Shown piece by piece: positions 1 through 10,525 of a DNA stretch of 64,000 bases; position 1 is the first letter of the stretch, and each line of letters begins with the position of its first letter. Position numbers and translations under genes: made by a program. The notes beneath the pieces were generated by a model. That model made no database searches. It was given only the letters and a program-made list of their open reading frames with translations, and was not told where the DNA came from. The stretch comes from Verrucomicrobiia bacterium (GTDB lineage: Bacteria; Verrucomicrobiota; Verrucomicrobiia; Palsa-1439): NCBI GenBank assembly GCA_035516795.1, contig DATIZX010000076.1, positions 1,145 to 65,144 on the forward strand, written 5' to 3'.

Positions 1-960
1 GGAAGATGACCGCATTGCGATGATAAATGCCAAGGCGCATGAGACGATGGTGAATATGATCGCGGTCGGCGACAAACATTGCCTTGCTCCGCATAAAGAA
101 CACGCGATACGTGCCTTGCCCGGTCGTTTCCCACACGTGCATCGCGCGGAGAAAACGTCGAATCATGGCCAACAGCGCATCCATAATCGGCAACCCGAAA
201 GCCAGCATAGGGATCAGAATCGAAACGGCCACCGTGCTTTTTTGTGAAGTAGTGATGCTCAGTACGGCCAGGGTAAAGCCGAGGAACAAGCTGCCGGAAT
301 CGCCTAGGAAGATCGAGGCCGGGTGGAAATTATAAGGCAGAAACCCCAAGAGACAACCAGCTAACGCCGAACAGATCAGGGCCAATTCGACATTTTGTCC
401 AAGCAGGGCGATCCCTACGAGCGTCAATGAGGAAATCAATGCAATGCCGCTGGCGAGACCATCCAAACCGTCGATGAGGTTGAAAGCATTCGTCAATCCA
501 ACGATCCACAGCAGCGTGATGGGAATACTCCACATGCCGAGGTTGATCGATACTCCCCAAGGAAGGTCCAGCCGATTGATGACATAGCCGAAGCACATGG
601 CACAACAGGCAGCCAGCGCTTGCGTCAGGAATTTTACTCGCGCGCCGAGGGGACGAAGATCGTCAAAGATGCCCAGCGCCACGATAATGGAGGCGGCACC
701 AAGATAGCCGGTCCACCAATGCTTCCCAATCGTTGCGATGGGGTGCGAGACCAGGGCAAATGGTGAGAGCGTGAGGAACAGCATCAACGTAAACGAAATG
801 AAAATGACTACGCCACCCAGACGAGGAATGGGCCGGTCGTGAACTTTCCGCTCATTCGGGAGATCCATGGCATTCACGCGCACCGCCAACCAGCGGACTA
901 GGGGAGTTAGCGCGAATGATACTGCGAACCCACCGATGAACAGTAGAATGTATTTGCCCA
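1..960 (-). CDS. Initiating sugar-phosphate transferase (WecA/WbpL-like, MraY superfamily UDP-HexNAc:undecaprenyl-P HexNAc-1-P transferase); 3' end cut by window edge
   Basis: Not in the ORF track because there is no stop inside the window. My translation of the reverse strand from ATG at 958-960 reads MGKYILLFIGGFAVSFALTPLVRWLAVRVNAMDLPNERKVHDRPIPRLGGV...FNLIDGLDGLASG...VADRDHIHHRLMRLG, in frame to position 1. It is polytopic, with DDxxD-like, NxxNxxDGxDGL and HIHH motifs typical of the MraY/WecA family. It lies at the 3' end of the operon. Confidence 0.8.
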
Positions 961-1016
961 TACCCTTTGTACGCTCGCCTCTTTCCAATCCTACAATATG
1001 TTGGCCTTCAAGGCAA

Positions 1017-1991
1017 CTAATGTTCGCTTAATTGTTGCTCATACCAACGGATGGTAGTGCGAAGCCCATCTGGCAAACTTGTTTTTGCGGAAAAACCGAA
1101 CTCCCGTGCGGCTTTCTCAGTATCCAGACAGCGTCGTGGCTGGCCATCCGGCTTTGCAGGGTCCCAGCGAATCTCACCAGTGAAATTTGTCAACTTGGCG
1201 ATGATGCTGACCAAATCTTTAACGGAAATCTCCTTTCCGCTACCAACGTTCACGGGGTCGGCTTTATTGTAACGTTCCGCAGCTAGGAGGATGGCTTCTG
1301 CCGCATCGGCCACGTACAAGAACTCACGAGTCGGGGTGCCAGTGCCCCAGCATTCGATGAATCCGTCGCCCCGCGCGCGAGCATCGATACATTTCTTGAT
1401 AAGAGCAGGGATTACGTGGGAAGACTTAGGATCGAAATTATCCCGCGGTCCATAGAGGTTAACGGGCAGAAGATAGATCGCATTCAGACCGTATTCCTGG
1501 CGGTACGCCTGACACTGCACCAGCAAGGACTTCTTCGCAATTCCGTAAGGCGCATTGGTTTCCTCAGGATAACCGTTCCACAGATCTGTTTCTTGGAAGG
1601 GAACCGGGGCGAATTTCGGGTAGGCGCAAATCGTACCGACGACAACCAACTTGGGGAGCCGAAATTGCCTTGCTTGCTCGATCAGTTCGATCCCCATGAT
1701 GGCGTTTTCATAAAAAAACTGGCCCGGATGCTCTCGATTCGCGCCAATCCCTCCGACCACTGCTGCTAGGTGCAGCACCAAGGTTGGGCGAGCATCTTTG
1801 AACAGGCGAGCAATGTCTGCACGGTCGCGCAAGTCGTATTCTTTGCTGCGCGGCGCAAAGATCTTGCCGCAACCAGATTCCTTCATGGCGTCCACGACGA
1901 ATGAGCCGAGAAACCCTCTCCCACCAGTTACGACCACGCGTTGATTTCGCCAGAATTGCATGTTGGTCTGATCTTTCAAAGTTTGCTTCAC
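1017..1991 (-). CDS. fcl: GDP-L-fucose synthase (GDP-4-keto-6-deoxymannose 3,5-epimerase/4-reductase)
   Basis: 324 aa. Has the [12 protein letters not shown] Rossmann motif, a YxxxK region and the GDP-fucose synthase signature blocks ([26 protein letters not shown]). Overlaps gmd by 4 nt (ATGA). Confidence 0.9.
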   Translation of the reverse strand: MKQTLKDQTNMQFWRNQRVVVTGGRGFLGSFVVDAMKESGCGKIFAPRSKEYDLRDRADIARLFKDARPTLVLHLAAVVGGIGANREHPGQFFYENAIMGIELIEQARQFRLPKLVVVGTICAYPKFAPVPFQETDLWNGYPEETNAPYGIAKKSLLVQCQAYRQEYGLNAIYLLPVNLYGPRDNFDPKSSHVIPALIKKCIDARARGDGFIECWGTGTPTREFLYVADAAEAILLAAERYNKADPVNVGSGKEISVKDLVSIIAKLTNFTGEIRWDPAKPDGQPRRCLDTEKAAREFGFSAKTSLPDGLRTTIRWYEQQLSEH

Positions 1992-3010
1992 TGTTGCCCC
2001 ACATCAACCATCGGCACTTTTCCCGCCAATTGGTCCTGCAGCATGTTCAGGTCTGCGTCCACCATCAATGTTATCAAGTCTTTGAATCGGGTCTTTGGTA
2101 TCCATCCCAGCACTTTTTTCGCCTTGGAGGCATCGCCGATCAGGAGATCCACCTCCGCAGGCCGATAATACCGTTTGTCAATCTCGACATATTGTTGCCA
2201 ATCCAAACCAACATGGTTGAAAGCTTCGGCGCAGAATTCTTTCACCGAATGCGTTTCGCCCGTGGCGATGACGTAATCATCCGGTTTGTCTTGCTGCAAC
2301 ATCTGCCACATCGCCTCGCAGTACTCGGGCGCGTAACCCCAATCGCGCTTGGCGTCCAGATTCCCCAGATACAACTTGTTCTGCAGACCAAGTTTGATGT
2401 GCGCCACGCCCCGCGTGATCTTGCGGGTCACAAAGGTTTCACCCCGGCGAGGGGATTCGTGATTGAACAGGATCCCATTGCAGGCATATAGATTGTAACT
2501 CTCTCGGTAGTTGACGGTCGCCCAATAAGCGAAAACTTTGGACACACCATAGGGGCTGCGTGGGTGAAAGGCTGTCGTCTCTCGCTGTGGGATTTCAGCG
2601 ACTTTCCCATACATCTCGCTGGAAGAGGCCTGATAAAAACGAAGATTACTGCCTGTTTCGCGAATGGCTTCCAAGATGCGAATGGTCCCAACCGCGGTAA
2701 TGTCGGCGGTGTACTCCGGGATGTCGAAACTCACGCGCACATGGCTCTGAGCACCGAGGTGATAGATCTCGTCTGGTTTCAAATCGTACAACATCTTTAC
2801 CAGACTGACCGAATCGCTCAGATCGCCATAGTGCAGAAAGAACTTAACGCCTCGCGTATGCGGGTCTTGGTAAAGATGGTCAATGCGAGCGCTGTTGAAA
2901 GAACTAGCTCGTCGAATGATGCCGTGAACCTCGTAACCTTTGTTCAATAGCAGCTCTGCCAGGTACGATCCATCTTGACCTGTAATTCCCGTGATCATCG
3001 CTCGTTTCAT
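1988..3010 (-). CDS. gmd: GDP-mannose 4,6-dehydratase
   Basis: 340 aa. Reads [39 protein letters not shown]...[16 protein letters not shown], a canonical Gmd. Confidence 0.92.
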   Translation of the reverse strand: MKRAMITGITGQDGSYLAELLLNKGYEVHGIIRRASSFNSARIDHLYQDPHTRGVKFFLHYGDLSDSVSLVKMLYDLKPDEIYHLGAQSHVRVSFDIPEYTADITAVGTIRILEAIRETGSNLRFYQASSSEMYGKVAEIPQRETTAFHPRSPYGVSKVFAYWATVNYRESYNLYACNGILFNHESPRRGETFVTRKITRGVAHIKLGLQNKLYLGNLDAKRDWGYAPEYCEAMWQMLQQDKPDDYVIATGETHSVKEFCAEAFNHVGLDWQQYVEIDKRYYRPAEVDLLIGDASKAKKVLGWIPKTRFKDLITLMVDADLNMLQDQLAGKVPMVDVGQQ

Positions 3011-4248
3011 GCTTCCTCCTTTGCCTCCATAATCTCAATCATTCTCGGCATCAAAGCCGATTTGGATATCTGACCGGCCCATCGATTCACACCCCCTCGC
3101 GGCAACGGTCGTTCGCAAGCAGCCATTTTCAATACATGTTCAATCACCGGCTTTATGTTGCCGTGTTGAACCACACACGCCTGGCCGTCGCGGTTCGTCT
3201 CGCGCAGAATCTCACCAATGTGACTCTCTGTGGGACCGATCGCCAGCACCGGTACGCCGATCATCAGTATATTGTAAATCTTGCAGGGATGCACGATTCC
3301 GGTGAAGGCGTTTCCCATCACAACCACGTGCAGATCAGCGCTCGACAAAGACGCTGATAATTGATCCAAAGGCTGGTAAGGCAGGCAAGTGATATTCGCG
3401 AGGCGTTGGTCGCGCGCGAAAGCTTGCACTTTTCGGAACTCGCTTCCACCACCCACAAAACAAAATGCAATGCGGGACTCTTGACTGAGTTGTTCCGCGG
3501 CGCGCAATAGCGTGTCCAAAGGATGACAGGGACTGTGATTGCCGGAGTACATCACCACAAACTTATTGTTCAAGCCGTGGCGCTCTCGGAAGGACTGCCG
3601 CCCGGAAAGATCGTAAGAGACCATGTCATCATGCGACCAGGGACGGATCACCGCAACTTTCTCTGGCGCAATACCCTTCTGCACAATGCGCTCCTTCATA
3701 AAACGGTCAAGGGCCACAACGTTTTGCGCCTGCCGCAGACTGTAGCGGAGCATGTTCTCCAGAATTCGAGCGGCCAAGGAATCCGCTTTCAACCATCCGG
3801 CGGCGATGGATTCGTCGGGATTGAGGTCCATCACCCAGAAAACGAAACGGCCACCTTTCCAGCGGACAAACAGTGCCCCCAAGAATGAAATCAAAGGTGG
3901 AGAGGTCATCGCCAGCACCACGTCAAATTGAGGCAGCCAAATCAATCGCAGCACGCAACTGAACAGGTAGCTGCCAAAATCCGCCGCGCGGCGCCACTTG
4001 GCACCTTTCCCCAAACCCATACTCGGAATCCGGACAATCTCAATGCCGCGCCACCTTTCGCGTTTGGCGAAACGCGTCGCGGGATTATCGTAGCCACGTT
4101 GGCTGGCGATCACCGTCACCTGGTGCCCACGCTCCGCAAGTCCGACAGCCAGATCCGTCAGGTGCTGTGCGGTCGAGGCCACATCAGGGTAGAAGCACTG
4201 GTTCAGTAACAGGATGCGCATCGCTCGAGCCCGTTCATATCCGCGCAT
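3007..4248 (-). CDS. Glycosyltransferase family 4 (WcaI-like, putative fucosyltransferase given the gmd/fcl neighbours)
   Basis: GT-B/GT4 fold. Reads [21 protein letters not shown] with a C-terminal E-x7-E-like region. The start may be the internal Met at about 4221 (MRILLL). Confidence 0.78.
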   Translation of the reverse strand: MRGYERARAMRILLLNQCFYPDVASTAQHLTDLAVGLAERGHQVTVIASQRGYDNPATRFAKRERWRGIEIVRIPSMGLGKGAKWRRAADFGSYLFSCVLRLIWLPQFDVVLAMTSPPLISFLGALFVRWKGGRFVFWVMDLNPDESIAAGWLKADSLAARILENMLRYSLRQAQNVVALDRFMKERIVQKGIAPEKVAVIRPWSHDDMVSYDLSGRQSFRERHGLNNKFVVMYSGNHSPCHPLDTLLRAAEQLSQESRIAFCFVGGGSEFRKVQAFARDQRLANITCLPYQPLDQLSASLSSADLHVVVMGNAFTGIVHPCKIYNILMIGVPVLAIGPTESHIGEILRETNRDGQACVVQHGNIKPVIEHVLKMAACERPLPRGGVNRWAGQISKSALMPRMIEIMEAKEEA

Positions 4249-5071
4249 TTTCCTCGCGCCGTTTGAGTTCCTCCATCTTGAGGACGATCATGTATTCGTA
4301 CATCGAGATCAGCCGGCAATATACCAGTCCAGCCCGTCCGTCCAAAAAGCCCAGGCGGAGCACGTACATGTAAAGGAATCGCAACAAGGGACGGAAAGGA
4401 AGATGGAACGAGAGGGTTTTCAATGCCTTGCGGCGCGACGCTTTATCAGGGCTGAACAAGGAAGGTGACGGGCCGGTTTCCCCGCGCAGAATTTTCATCC
4501 CTTCCATTGCCTCCCACTGCGCGTACTGATTGTGTTTGGCAATCCATTCCGTCAAACCCTTGCTGAAGTTGTAGTGCAACAACTGAGATTGAAGGTGGCC
4601 GTGAGTACCGCGCAGAACCGGCGTAGGGTTCACCAGCCGTTCGAAGCGAATTTTGTCAGGCTGAAAAAATCGCATGATGGCTTCTGTGCGGAACGAATGC
4701 TTCAGCCATTGGCCCATGAAGTAGTTCTTGCGGCCGCAGTAAAAAGCGACGCGCCGCTCGCCAGCGTCTGTTGCAATCGCCACAATCTCCTGACGAAGTT
4801 CCTCGGGCATCCGTTCGTCTGCGTCCAAATAAAAGACCCACGGATGCTTAAACTCGATATGTTCCATCGCCCAATTCTGGTGCGCCGCCCAATTATCGAA
4901 CTTCCGCTGAATGACGCGCCCCCCGGCCGCACGTGCGATTTCTGTAGTCTGGTCGGTGCTGAACGAATCGAGGACGACGATGTCGTCCGACCATTTCACG
5001 GAGTCCAGACAGGCGGGAAGATTTTGCTCTTCATTGAGCGTGAGCACCAAGATGGATACGTTTGCCTGCAT
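4235..5071 (-). CDS. Glycosyltransferase family 2
   Basis: Reads ILVLTLNEEQNLPACLDSV...VVLDSFSTDQT...YLDADE (GT-A DXD). Confidence 0.8.
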   Translation of the reverse strand: MQANVSILVLTLNEEQNLPACLDSVKWSDDIVVLDSFSTDQTTEIARAAGGRVIQRKFDNWAAHQNWAMEHIEFKHPWVFYLDADERMPEELRQEIVAIATDAGERRVAFYCGRKNYFMGQWLKHSFRTEAIMRFFQPDKIRFERLVNPTPVLRGTHGHLQSQLLHYNFSKGLTEWIAKHNQYAQWEAMEGMKILRGETGPSPSLFSPDKASRRKALKTLSFHLPFRPLLRFLYMYVLRLGFLDGRAGLVYCRLISMYEYMIVLKMEELKRREENARI

Positions 5072-5077
5072 CTGTAC

Positions 5078-5752
5078 TCAGGGTTTCTTTGCTTCCACGA
5101 GAAGCGTGTGCGGTGCCTCGGGCGTATTCTCGTATTCGCTGGAAAGCAATTGGTTGTCGATGAGAAGCGGGTAGGCCGTGTCGGTGATCGGCCGGCACTG
5201 ATGAATGTCCACGAATCCAATCTGGGACGCGAGCTCCTGCAAATAGGAAAAAGTCAGTATGGTGAGATGTTCGCCGCGACATAGGAGGAAATTGGCGAAG
5301 CGACCTCCGACACTTTCTCGTTTGTCTGGAAAGTCAGAAAACCACGCGGCATCACCTTCCACCAGCTTCTTCGCGGCGGCATCACCATTCGGGCCGCCAA
5401 TTCGTATGATTCCACCAGGCTTCAGGCACCGAAATAAATCCTCCAAATGGGAAGTCAAGTTGCTGTCGGGCAGATGTTCAATGACGTGATGAGAATAGAA
5501 GGCGTCCACGGTTCCATCATGAAAGGGCAACCGATTGCGCAGGTCGGCCCACACGTCGATCTTGGCGCTCACGAGATTCGCGTCGACGTTGATCCAGCCG
5601 TCCAGATAATGGGCTTGGCCGGGACCCAAATGGACTTTGACGGTGGCGGTGCCGTTCCGAGGCGCTCGGAAGTGCTTATATACCAAGCCACTCAACCACA
5701 TTGGCCAACGCATCAGGCCAAAGTAGGCGGCCTTGGTTCTCCTTCTGATCAT
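5078..5752 (-). CDS. Class I SAM-dependent methyltransferase
   Basis: Methyltransf_11-like motifs (VIEHLPD...LKPGGIIRIGGPN). Confidence 0.7.
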   Translation of the reverse strand: MIRRRTKAAYFGLMRWPMWLSGLVYKHFRAPRNGTATVKVHLGPGQAHYLDGWINVDANLVSAKIDVWADLRNRLPFHDGTVDAFYSHHVIEHLPDSNLTSHLEDLFRCLKPGGIIRIGGPNGDAAAKKLVEGDAAWFSDFPDKRESVGGRFANFLLCRGEHLTILTFSYLQELASQIGFVDIHQCRPITDTAYPLLIDNQLLSSEYENTPEAPHTLLVEAKKP

Positions 5753-5782
5753 CGGTTGTTCCGATCGACGAGGCGCGCCGTG

Positions 5783-7534
5783 CTAAGACAGCTTGGAAAC
5801 AACATAATGTCCCAGAGCAAGGGTATCGATATCGTTCCTCGAAAAACAGGCCACGGCTTGTTCCGGCGTATCCACGATCGGTTCGTTCTCATTGAAGCTG
5901 GTATTCAAGAGAGTTGCGACACCGCTCCGACGACGGAAAGCCTCAATCAAGTCATAATAAAGCGGATTATGTGAACGTTCGATGCTCTGTAATCGGCCCG
6001 TGCCATCCACGTGAGTAATGGCCGGTAATTTCGGCCGCCATTCAGGTCGAATCTTCACAACATGCATCATGAACGGACTCAGGATGTCTTGCTCGAAATA
6101 CGTGCTGACATATTCCTTCAAGACAGTCGGAGCAAATGGGCGGAACGATTCGCGCCGCTTGATCTTCGTATTGATGATGTCTTTCATGTTGGGGATGGAA
6201 GGATTCGCCAGAATCGATCGGTTGCCCAATGCGCGCGGCCCCCACTCGCTACGTCCTTGATACCAGCCCACCACTTTCCCTTGAACCAGCAAGTCAGCGA
6301 CAGCCTCCACAAGCTGTGCGTCGGTGGGGTAATGATGAACAGCATGCCCGCTCGATTCCGCAGTCTGCTTCAATTGCGACTCCGGATATTCCGGTCCCCA
6401 GTAGGCATGGTTCATGTAAAACCGCTTGTTTTGTCCCAATATTTCATGCCAGCAGTAGTACGCTGCTCCGAGACATGTTCCGTCATCTGACGCGGCGCAC
6501 TGGTTGTAGTACTTCTGAAAACGTGATTCGCGTAGAATGCGTGCATTGGCGACACCATTGAGGGCGCACCCCCCAGCCATCACCAACTGATCGGTACCGG
6601 GCACCAGTTGCTCCAGCTTTCGCATGCAATGCATTGCTACATCTTCAAAACGCACCTGCACCGAACGCGCGATGTCTTTATCACGTTGCTGCAGCGGCTC
6701 GGTGCGTTGACGCGGTGGGCCGAGCCGCTTCACGATGGCGTCGGTGTAGAGGCGGCCCATGATGATGTGATTGCGATCATCCACGGCGCCACTTTGACCG
6801 CCTTCATGCATCCCGAAATAGCCGGGCTTGAGGTGGAACCATCCACTCCCATTCAGCGAGACCCACTCTTGCATCAGATCCGCGTACCGATCCTCACCGT
6901 ACGGCGCCAAACCCATGACCTTGTATTCTTCGCCAAATTCATCGAACCCAATAAACTGACAAAGAGCCGTGTAGAAGAAACCGAGACTGTGGGGCAGATA
7001 CACTCGATCCAAAACCTCGATGTGCGAACCTTCGCATCGGGCCGCCATTGCACTCACGAAATCACCCGACGCATCGTAGGAGAACCCGGCGGTCAAGCTC
7101 TCAAAGGGCGATACATAATAAGCGCTTGCGATATGTGCCAGATGATGTTCGACCCACACCGTCTCGAATTTCACCCGAGCCGCATCTTCTTCACAAATTG
7201 CCGCGAGCTGGTCGATTGTGCTCTGAGTTTTTGAATTGCGCCGAAAATGTTCCCACACGGCGCCGGCGGCCTTCACCGGCCGTCTGGCCACATAGGCCAT
7301 CTTCGCCCGGTAATTGGCCTTCGGATTGCGTGCAATTGCGACGTGCGTCACATCGTTCAAGCTCACGCCGGATTCCTGCAACGAACGGCGAATTGCGTTC
7401 TCGGGGAAGCGCGGACAATGTTTCTCCCGTTGCTCGAGTCGCTCCTCCGCGACGGCGAACTTCAATTCGCCATCGATCACTACGCAGGCCGCCGAATCAG
7501 CGTGAAACGCATTAATTCCCAAAATCACCGCCAT
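5783..7534 (-). CDS. Carbamoyltransferase (NodU/CmcH family)
   Basis: 583 aa. Reads MAVILGINAFHADSAACVVIDGELKFAVAEERLEQREKH, with the C-terminal carbamoyltransferase domain present. Confidence 0.85.
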   Translation of the reverse strand: MAVILGINAFHADSAACVVIDGELKFAVAEERLEQREKHCPRFPENAIRRSLQESGVSLNDVTHVAIARNPKANYRAKMAYVARRPVKAAGAVWEHFRRNSKTQSTIDQLAAICEEDAARVKFETVWVEHHLAHIASAYYVSPFESLTAGFSYDASGDFVSAMAARCEGSHIEVLDRVYLPHSLGFFYTALCQFIGFDEFGEEYKVMGLAPYGEDRYADLMQEWVSLNGSGWFHLKPGYFGMHEGGQSGAVDDRNHIIMGRLYTDAIVKRLGPPRQRTEPLQQRDKDIARSVQVRFEDVAMHCMRKLEQLVPGTDQLVMAGGCALNGVANARILRESRFQKYYNQCAASDDGTCLGAAYYCWHEILGQNKRFYMNHAYWGPEYPESQLKQTAESSGHAVHHYPTDAQLVEAVADLLVQGKVVGWYQGRSEWGPRALGNRSILANPSIPNMKDIINTKIKRRESFRPFAPTVLKEYVSTYFEQDILSPFMMHVVKIRPEWRPKLPAITHVDGTGRLQSIERSHNPLYYDLIEAFRRRSGVATLLNTSFNENEPIVDTPEQAVACFSRNDIDTLALGHYVVSKLS

Positions 7535-7535
7535 A

Positions 7536-9425
7536 TTAGCCTTTCACCGCAATTATTCGCTCCGGTACAACGTGAAGCGCTTGCTGTTGGGGAAGATTAT
7601 TGTTTATCCAGTGGCCCAGCACAACAAACTGCCACACGCGAGACCACTGCAATCGCCCACGTTGAAACTCGGCGAACAATTCCCTGGCCTTGACGTTCTG
7701 CAAGATACCCGCGCGGTCAATAACGGCCAGCCCATCGTTCACAAATCTCTTTAGCGGACCATTCATCCATTCAGCCATCGGGAGGGCGAATCCCTGTTTA
7801 GGACGGTCCGCGACACCTTCTGGCAATAGATCACGTCCGGCCCTCAGCAGCCAGGTTTTCTTCAAGGCGGAGCCATCCTGATCCGCGACGTTGTATTTCA
7901 AGCACGTTTCCACCAGCACGTGGTCAAGGAAGGGGACACGCAGTTCCAAACCGTGGGCCATACTGAGAACATCGCTATCGCGTAGCAGCACGCTGCGCAT
8001 ATATCCCGTCAATTCCAACACGCTGATACGCGCCGGCAGTGACAACTCGCCGTCTGTCGCGTCTCCCCAATCCGGGGCCGCGGCGAGCCCCATCTCCGTC
8101 AACTCACGTCGTGACCACAACGAGCGCAAACAGGCGTAACGCGCTGGCAAAGAAGCGTTTCGTTCAAACAATTCCGCTGCTCGCCAACCTCGGTTGCCAC
8201 CCCCGGCAAAAGCGGCGCGCCATGAGGCGGGCACCAACCCTACTGATTGGCCCCAGCGTTCGGCCCACGCTGCCCGTTGAAAACTCGGATAGCCGCCGAA
8301 CAATTCGTCGCCGCCCAAGCCAGAAAGAACTACTTTCAGGCCCCGTTCCGCTACCACCTTGGAAATAACGAACGTATTCGCGCCGTCCATGCTCGGCAAA
8401 TCCATTGCGCTCACGGCAGCCGGGATTTGCGCTGCCACCTCGTTATGGCTCAATCGCACCAACTCGTGCCTGGTCCCATACTTGAGAGCCACGGCTTCCG
8501 CGTACTCGGATTCATCCGATTCAGTTTCGTGGAATCCCAGCGTGAATGTTTGCAGTCGCGGGCCCAGTTCACGGGCAGCAATTCCGGTAATGACCGACGA
8601 ATCGATCCCGCCGCTCAAGAAACAGGCGACCGGCACATCGGAAATGAGGTGCTCGTGCACGGCGCGCTCGAGTTCCGCACGAACTTCCTTCACGATCGAT
8701 TCACGCTCGACCCTCACGGGCTGAGGTGCTGGTTTCCAGTACGGCTGAATCGTTTCGATTTGTCCAGCATGGATCGTCATCCAGTGTCCTGCCGGAAAAG
8801 ACCGCACGCCCTCCCACAGCGTGTACGGCTCTGGCGTTGCTCCGAAGCGGACGTAGCCCGCCAGGCCGAGTCGATCTATTTCGCGCGGAATCCAGCCCGT
8901 TGCCAACAGCGCCCGGACTTCCGATGCGAAGAGCAATCTCTTGCTTTGCGCGTAGTAGTAGAATGGTTTGATGCCCAGTCGGTCGCGAGCGCACCACAAT
9001 CGGTTGTCAGCCGTATCCCAGATCGCAAAGGCGAACATGCCGCGCAGCTTGCAGACACATTCACGGCCCCAAAGCCGATAGGCGCGGAGAATGGTTTCCG
9101 TATCACTTGTAGAAACCCATCGCCCAGCGCGCTCGCCAATCTCGCTTCGAACGTCGAGATGGTTGTAGATCTCTCCGTTGAACACGATCCAATTCCCAGT
9201 CTCCGAATCCTGCATGGGCTGATGACCTGCAGGGCTCAGATCGAGAATTGCCAGCCGCGTATTGGCCAGTCCGACTTCGCTTTTGACGCCTCGCATCGAG
9301 ATAAGTTGCGCCCCTTGATCGTCAGGGCCACGATTGCGCAAGGCGGCAATCATGCGTTTCAACGCGGCCTCAACTTCGGAGGTGGCGACGGAATTTGAAG
9401 TACAGATTCCAGCTATCCCACACAT
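7536..9425 (-). CDS. Asparagine synthase (glutamine-hydrolysing)-family amidotransferase (WbpS-like)
   Basis: N-terminal MCGIAGI nucleophile Cys, plus the PP-loop SGGIDSSVI. The start was set at the internal Met before Cys (MCGIAG); the ORF track extends to 9473. Confidence 0.85.
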   Translation of the reverse strand: MCGIAGICTSNSVATSEVEAALKRMIAALRNRGPDDQGAQLISMRGVKSEVGLANTRLAILDLSPAGHQPMQDSETGNWIVFNGEIYNHLDVRSEIGERAGRWVSTSDTETILRAYRLWGRECVCKLRGMFAFAIWDTADNRLWCARDRLGIKPFYYYAQSKRLLFASEVRALLATGWIPREIDRLGLAGYVRFGATPEPYTLWEGVRSFPAGHWMTIHAGQIETIQPYWKPAPQPVRVERESIVKEVRAELERAVHEHLISDVPVACFLSGGIDSSVITGIAARELGPRLQTFTLGFHETESDESEYAEAVALKYGTRHELVRLSHNEVAAQIPAAVSAMDLPSMDGANTFVISKVVAERGLKVVLSGLGGDELFGGYPSFQRAAWAERWGQSVGLVPASWRAAFAGGGNRGWRAAELFERNASLPARYACLRSLWSRRELTEMGLAAAPDWGDATDGELSLPARISVLELTGYMRSVLLRDSDVLSMAHGLELRVPFLDHVLVETCLKYNVADQDGSALKKTWLLRAGRDLLPEGVADRPKQGFALPMAEWMNGPLKRFVNDGLAVIDRAGILQNVKARELFAEFQRGRLQWSRVWQFVVLGHWINNNLPQQQALHVVPERIIAVKG

Positions 9426-9584
9426 GATGGTTGTCCAGCCTTTACTGCCCGGGTGATGCTGTGCCTCCTCCAATCACAAGAACAGGATTCGCGCCGGCTT
9501 TGTAATGCGTCTGCGGAACAGACAATCCGATGATGTCCCTTCGAATGGCCACCACGGCGTTCAGACCAGCCACTTTGCCAAAGG

Positions 9585-10517
9585 TCATGATCGACTCTCC
9601 TTGACCACGGTGCACACCAGCATCGAGCCCATCTGGCACATGTTAAGCCATGCGCGAGTCAGCGAGTCCGGCACCAAACGCGCCACGAAATCCTTGAGCC
9701 GACCACTGGGAATCGGAATCGCTTCGGCTTTACTGCCATAAATCCGGAGATCCTGTATTGCGAACAAGTTGCCAACCAGATCCTTCCACTGCTCAATCGT
9801 GTAGAATCGGGCGAGCGCACCATCCGTCCATTTTTGCATGATCATGTGAATGGATCTGGTTTTCCACAGTTCGCCTTGCAGGATGCCATGAAGCAGTCCG
9901 GCCACGACAAAAGCGTTCCAGAAACTTCGATGATAAACCATGATCGTGGCAGCCCCGTGCGGGCGCAGTACGCGATGGATCTCACGAAGGATTTGTCCCG
10001 TATTCGCGGAGTGATGAATGACGCCCCAACTCCAGACGAAATCGAACGACGCATCGGCAAAATCGAGATGCTCCGCATCCATCCGCACGACCTTGCCGTT
10101 CAAGCCGCGCAGTTTCAAACGGGCGGAGGTACTGTGGACAGCGTATTCAGTGAGATCAATCCCCGTGAAGGAGCGACTGTGACTGGCCAACAGTTGTGCG
10201 TGGCTGCCATTACCAACGCCGATTTCCAGCACATCCTTGCCCTGGAGCCCCTCGAAATCAATCAGCGGATCAAAAGGGATCAACGACCACGGCATGTAGG
10301 TGCGCACGTCGTCAAAAAAACGACGGTCAATCTCCGCATAAAACTCTGGAGTAAAATCAGCGGCAGGGATTTTTGTGCGCCAATCGTAGCGCATTGGATT
10401 GCTCTCCCACCAACCGCGGTTCGTCTGCTGCCACAGCTTCCACTGTTCAGGAGTTGTTGGTTCTGCCGTTGCGGTGGTGAATCCTTGTGGGACTTTATCT
10501 TTGAGATGTGATTTCAT
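9585..10517 (-). CDS. Class I SAM-dependent methyltransferase
   Basis: Reads VLEIGVGNGSHAQLL...FDFVWSWGVIHH. Confidence 0.7.
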   Translation of the reverse strand: MKSHLKDKVPQGFTTATAEPTTPEQWKLWQQTNRGWWESNPMRYDWRTKIPAADFTPEFYAEIDRRFFDDVRTYMPWSLIPFDPLIDFEGLQGKDVLEIGVGNGSHAQLLASHSRSFTGIDLTEYAVHSTSARLKLRGLNGKVVRMDAEHLDFADASFDFVWSWGVIHHSANTGQILREIHRVLRPHGAATIMVYHRSFWNAFVVAGLLHGILQGELWKTRSIHMIMQKWTDGALARFYTIEQWKDLVGNLFAIQDLRIYGSKAEAIPIPSGRLKDFVARLVPDSLTRAWLNMCQMGSMLVCTVVKESRS

Positions 10518-10525
10518 CTAATCTC

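Noticed and set aside
8247-9398. 383-aa plus-strand ORF antisense to the AsnB gene
   Set aside because: Arg/Ala/Pro-rich composition typical of a reverse-frame shadow ORF in high-GC DNA. It overlaps a well-supported minus-strand gene entirely and has no family motifs.
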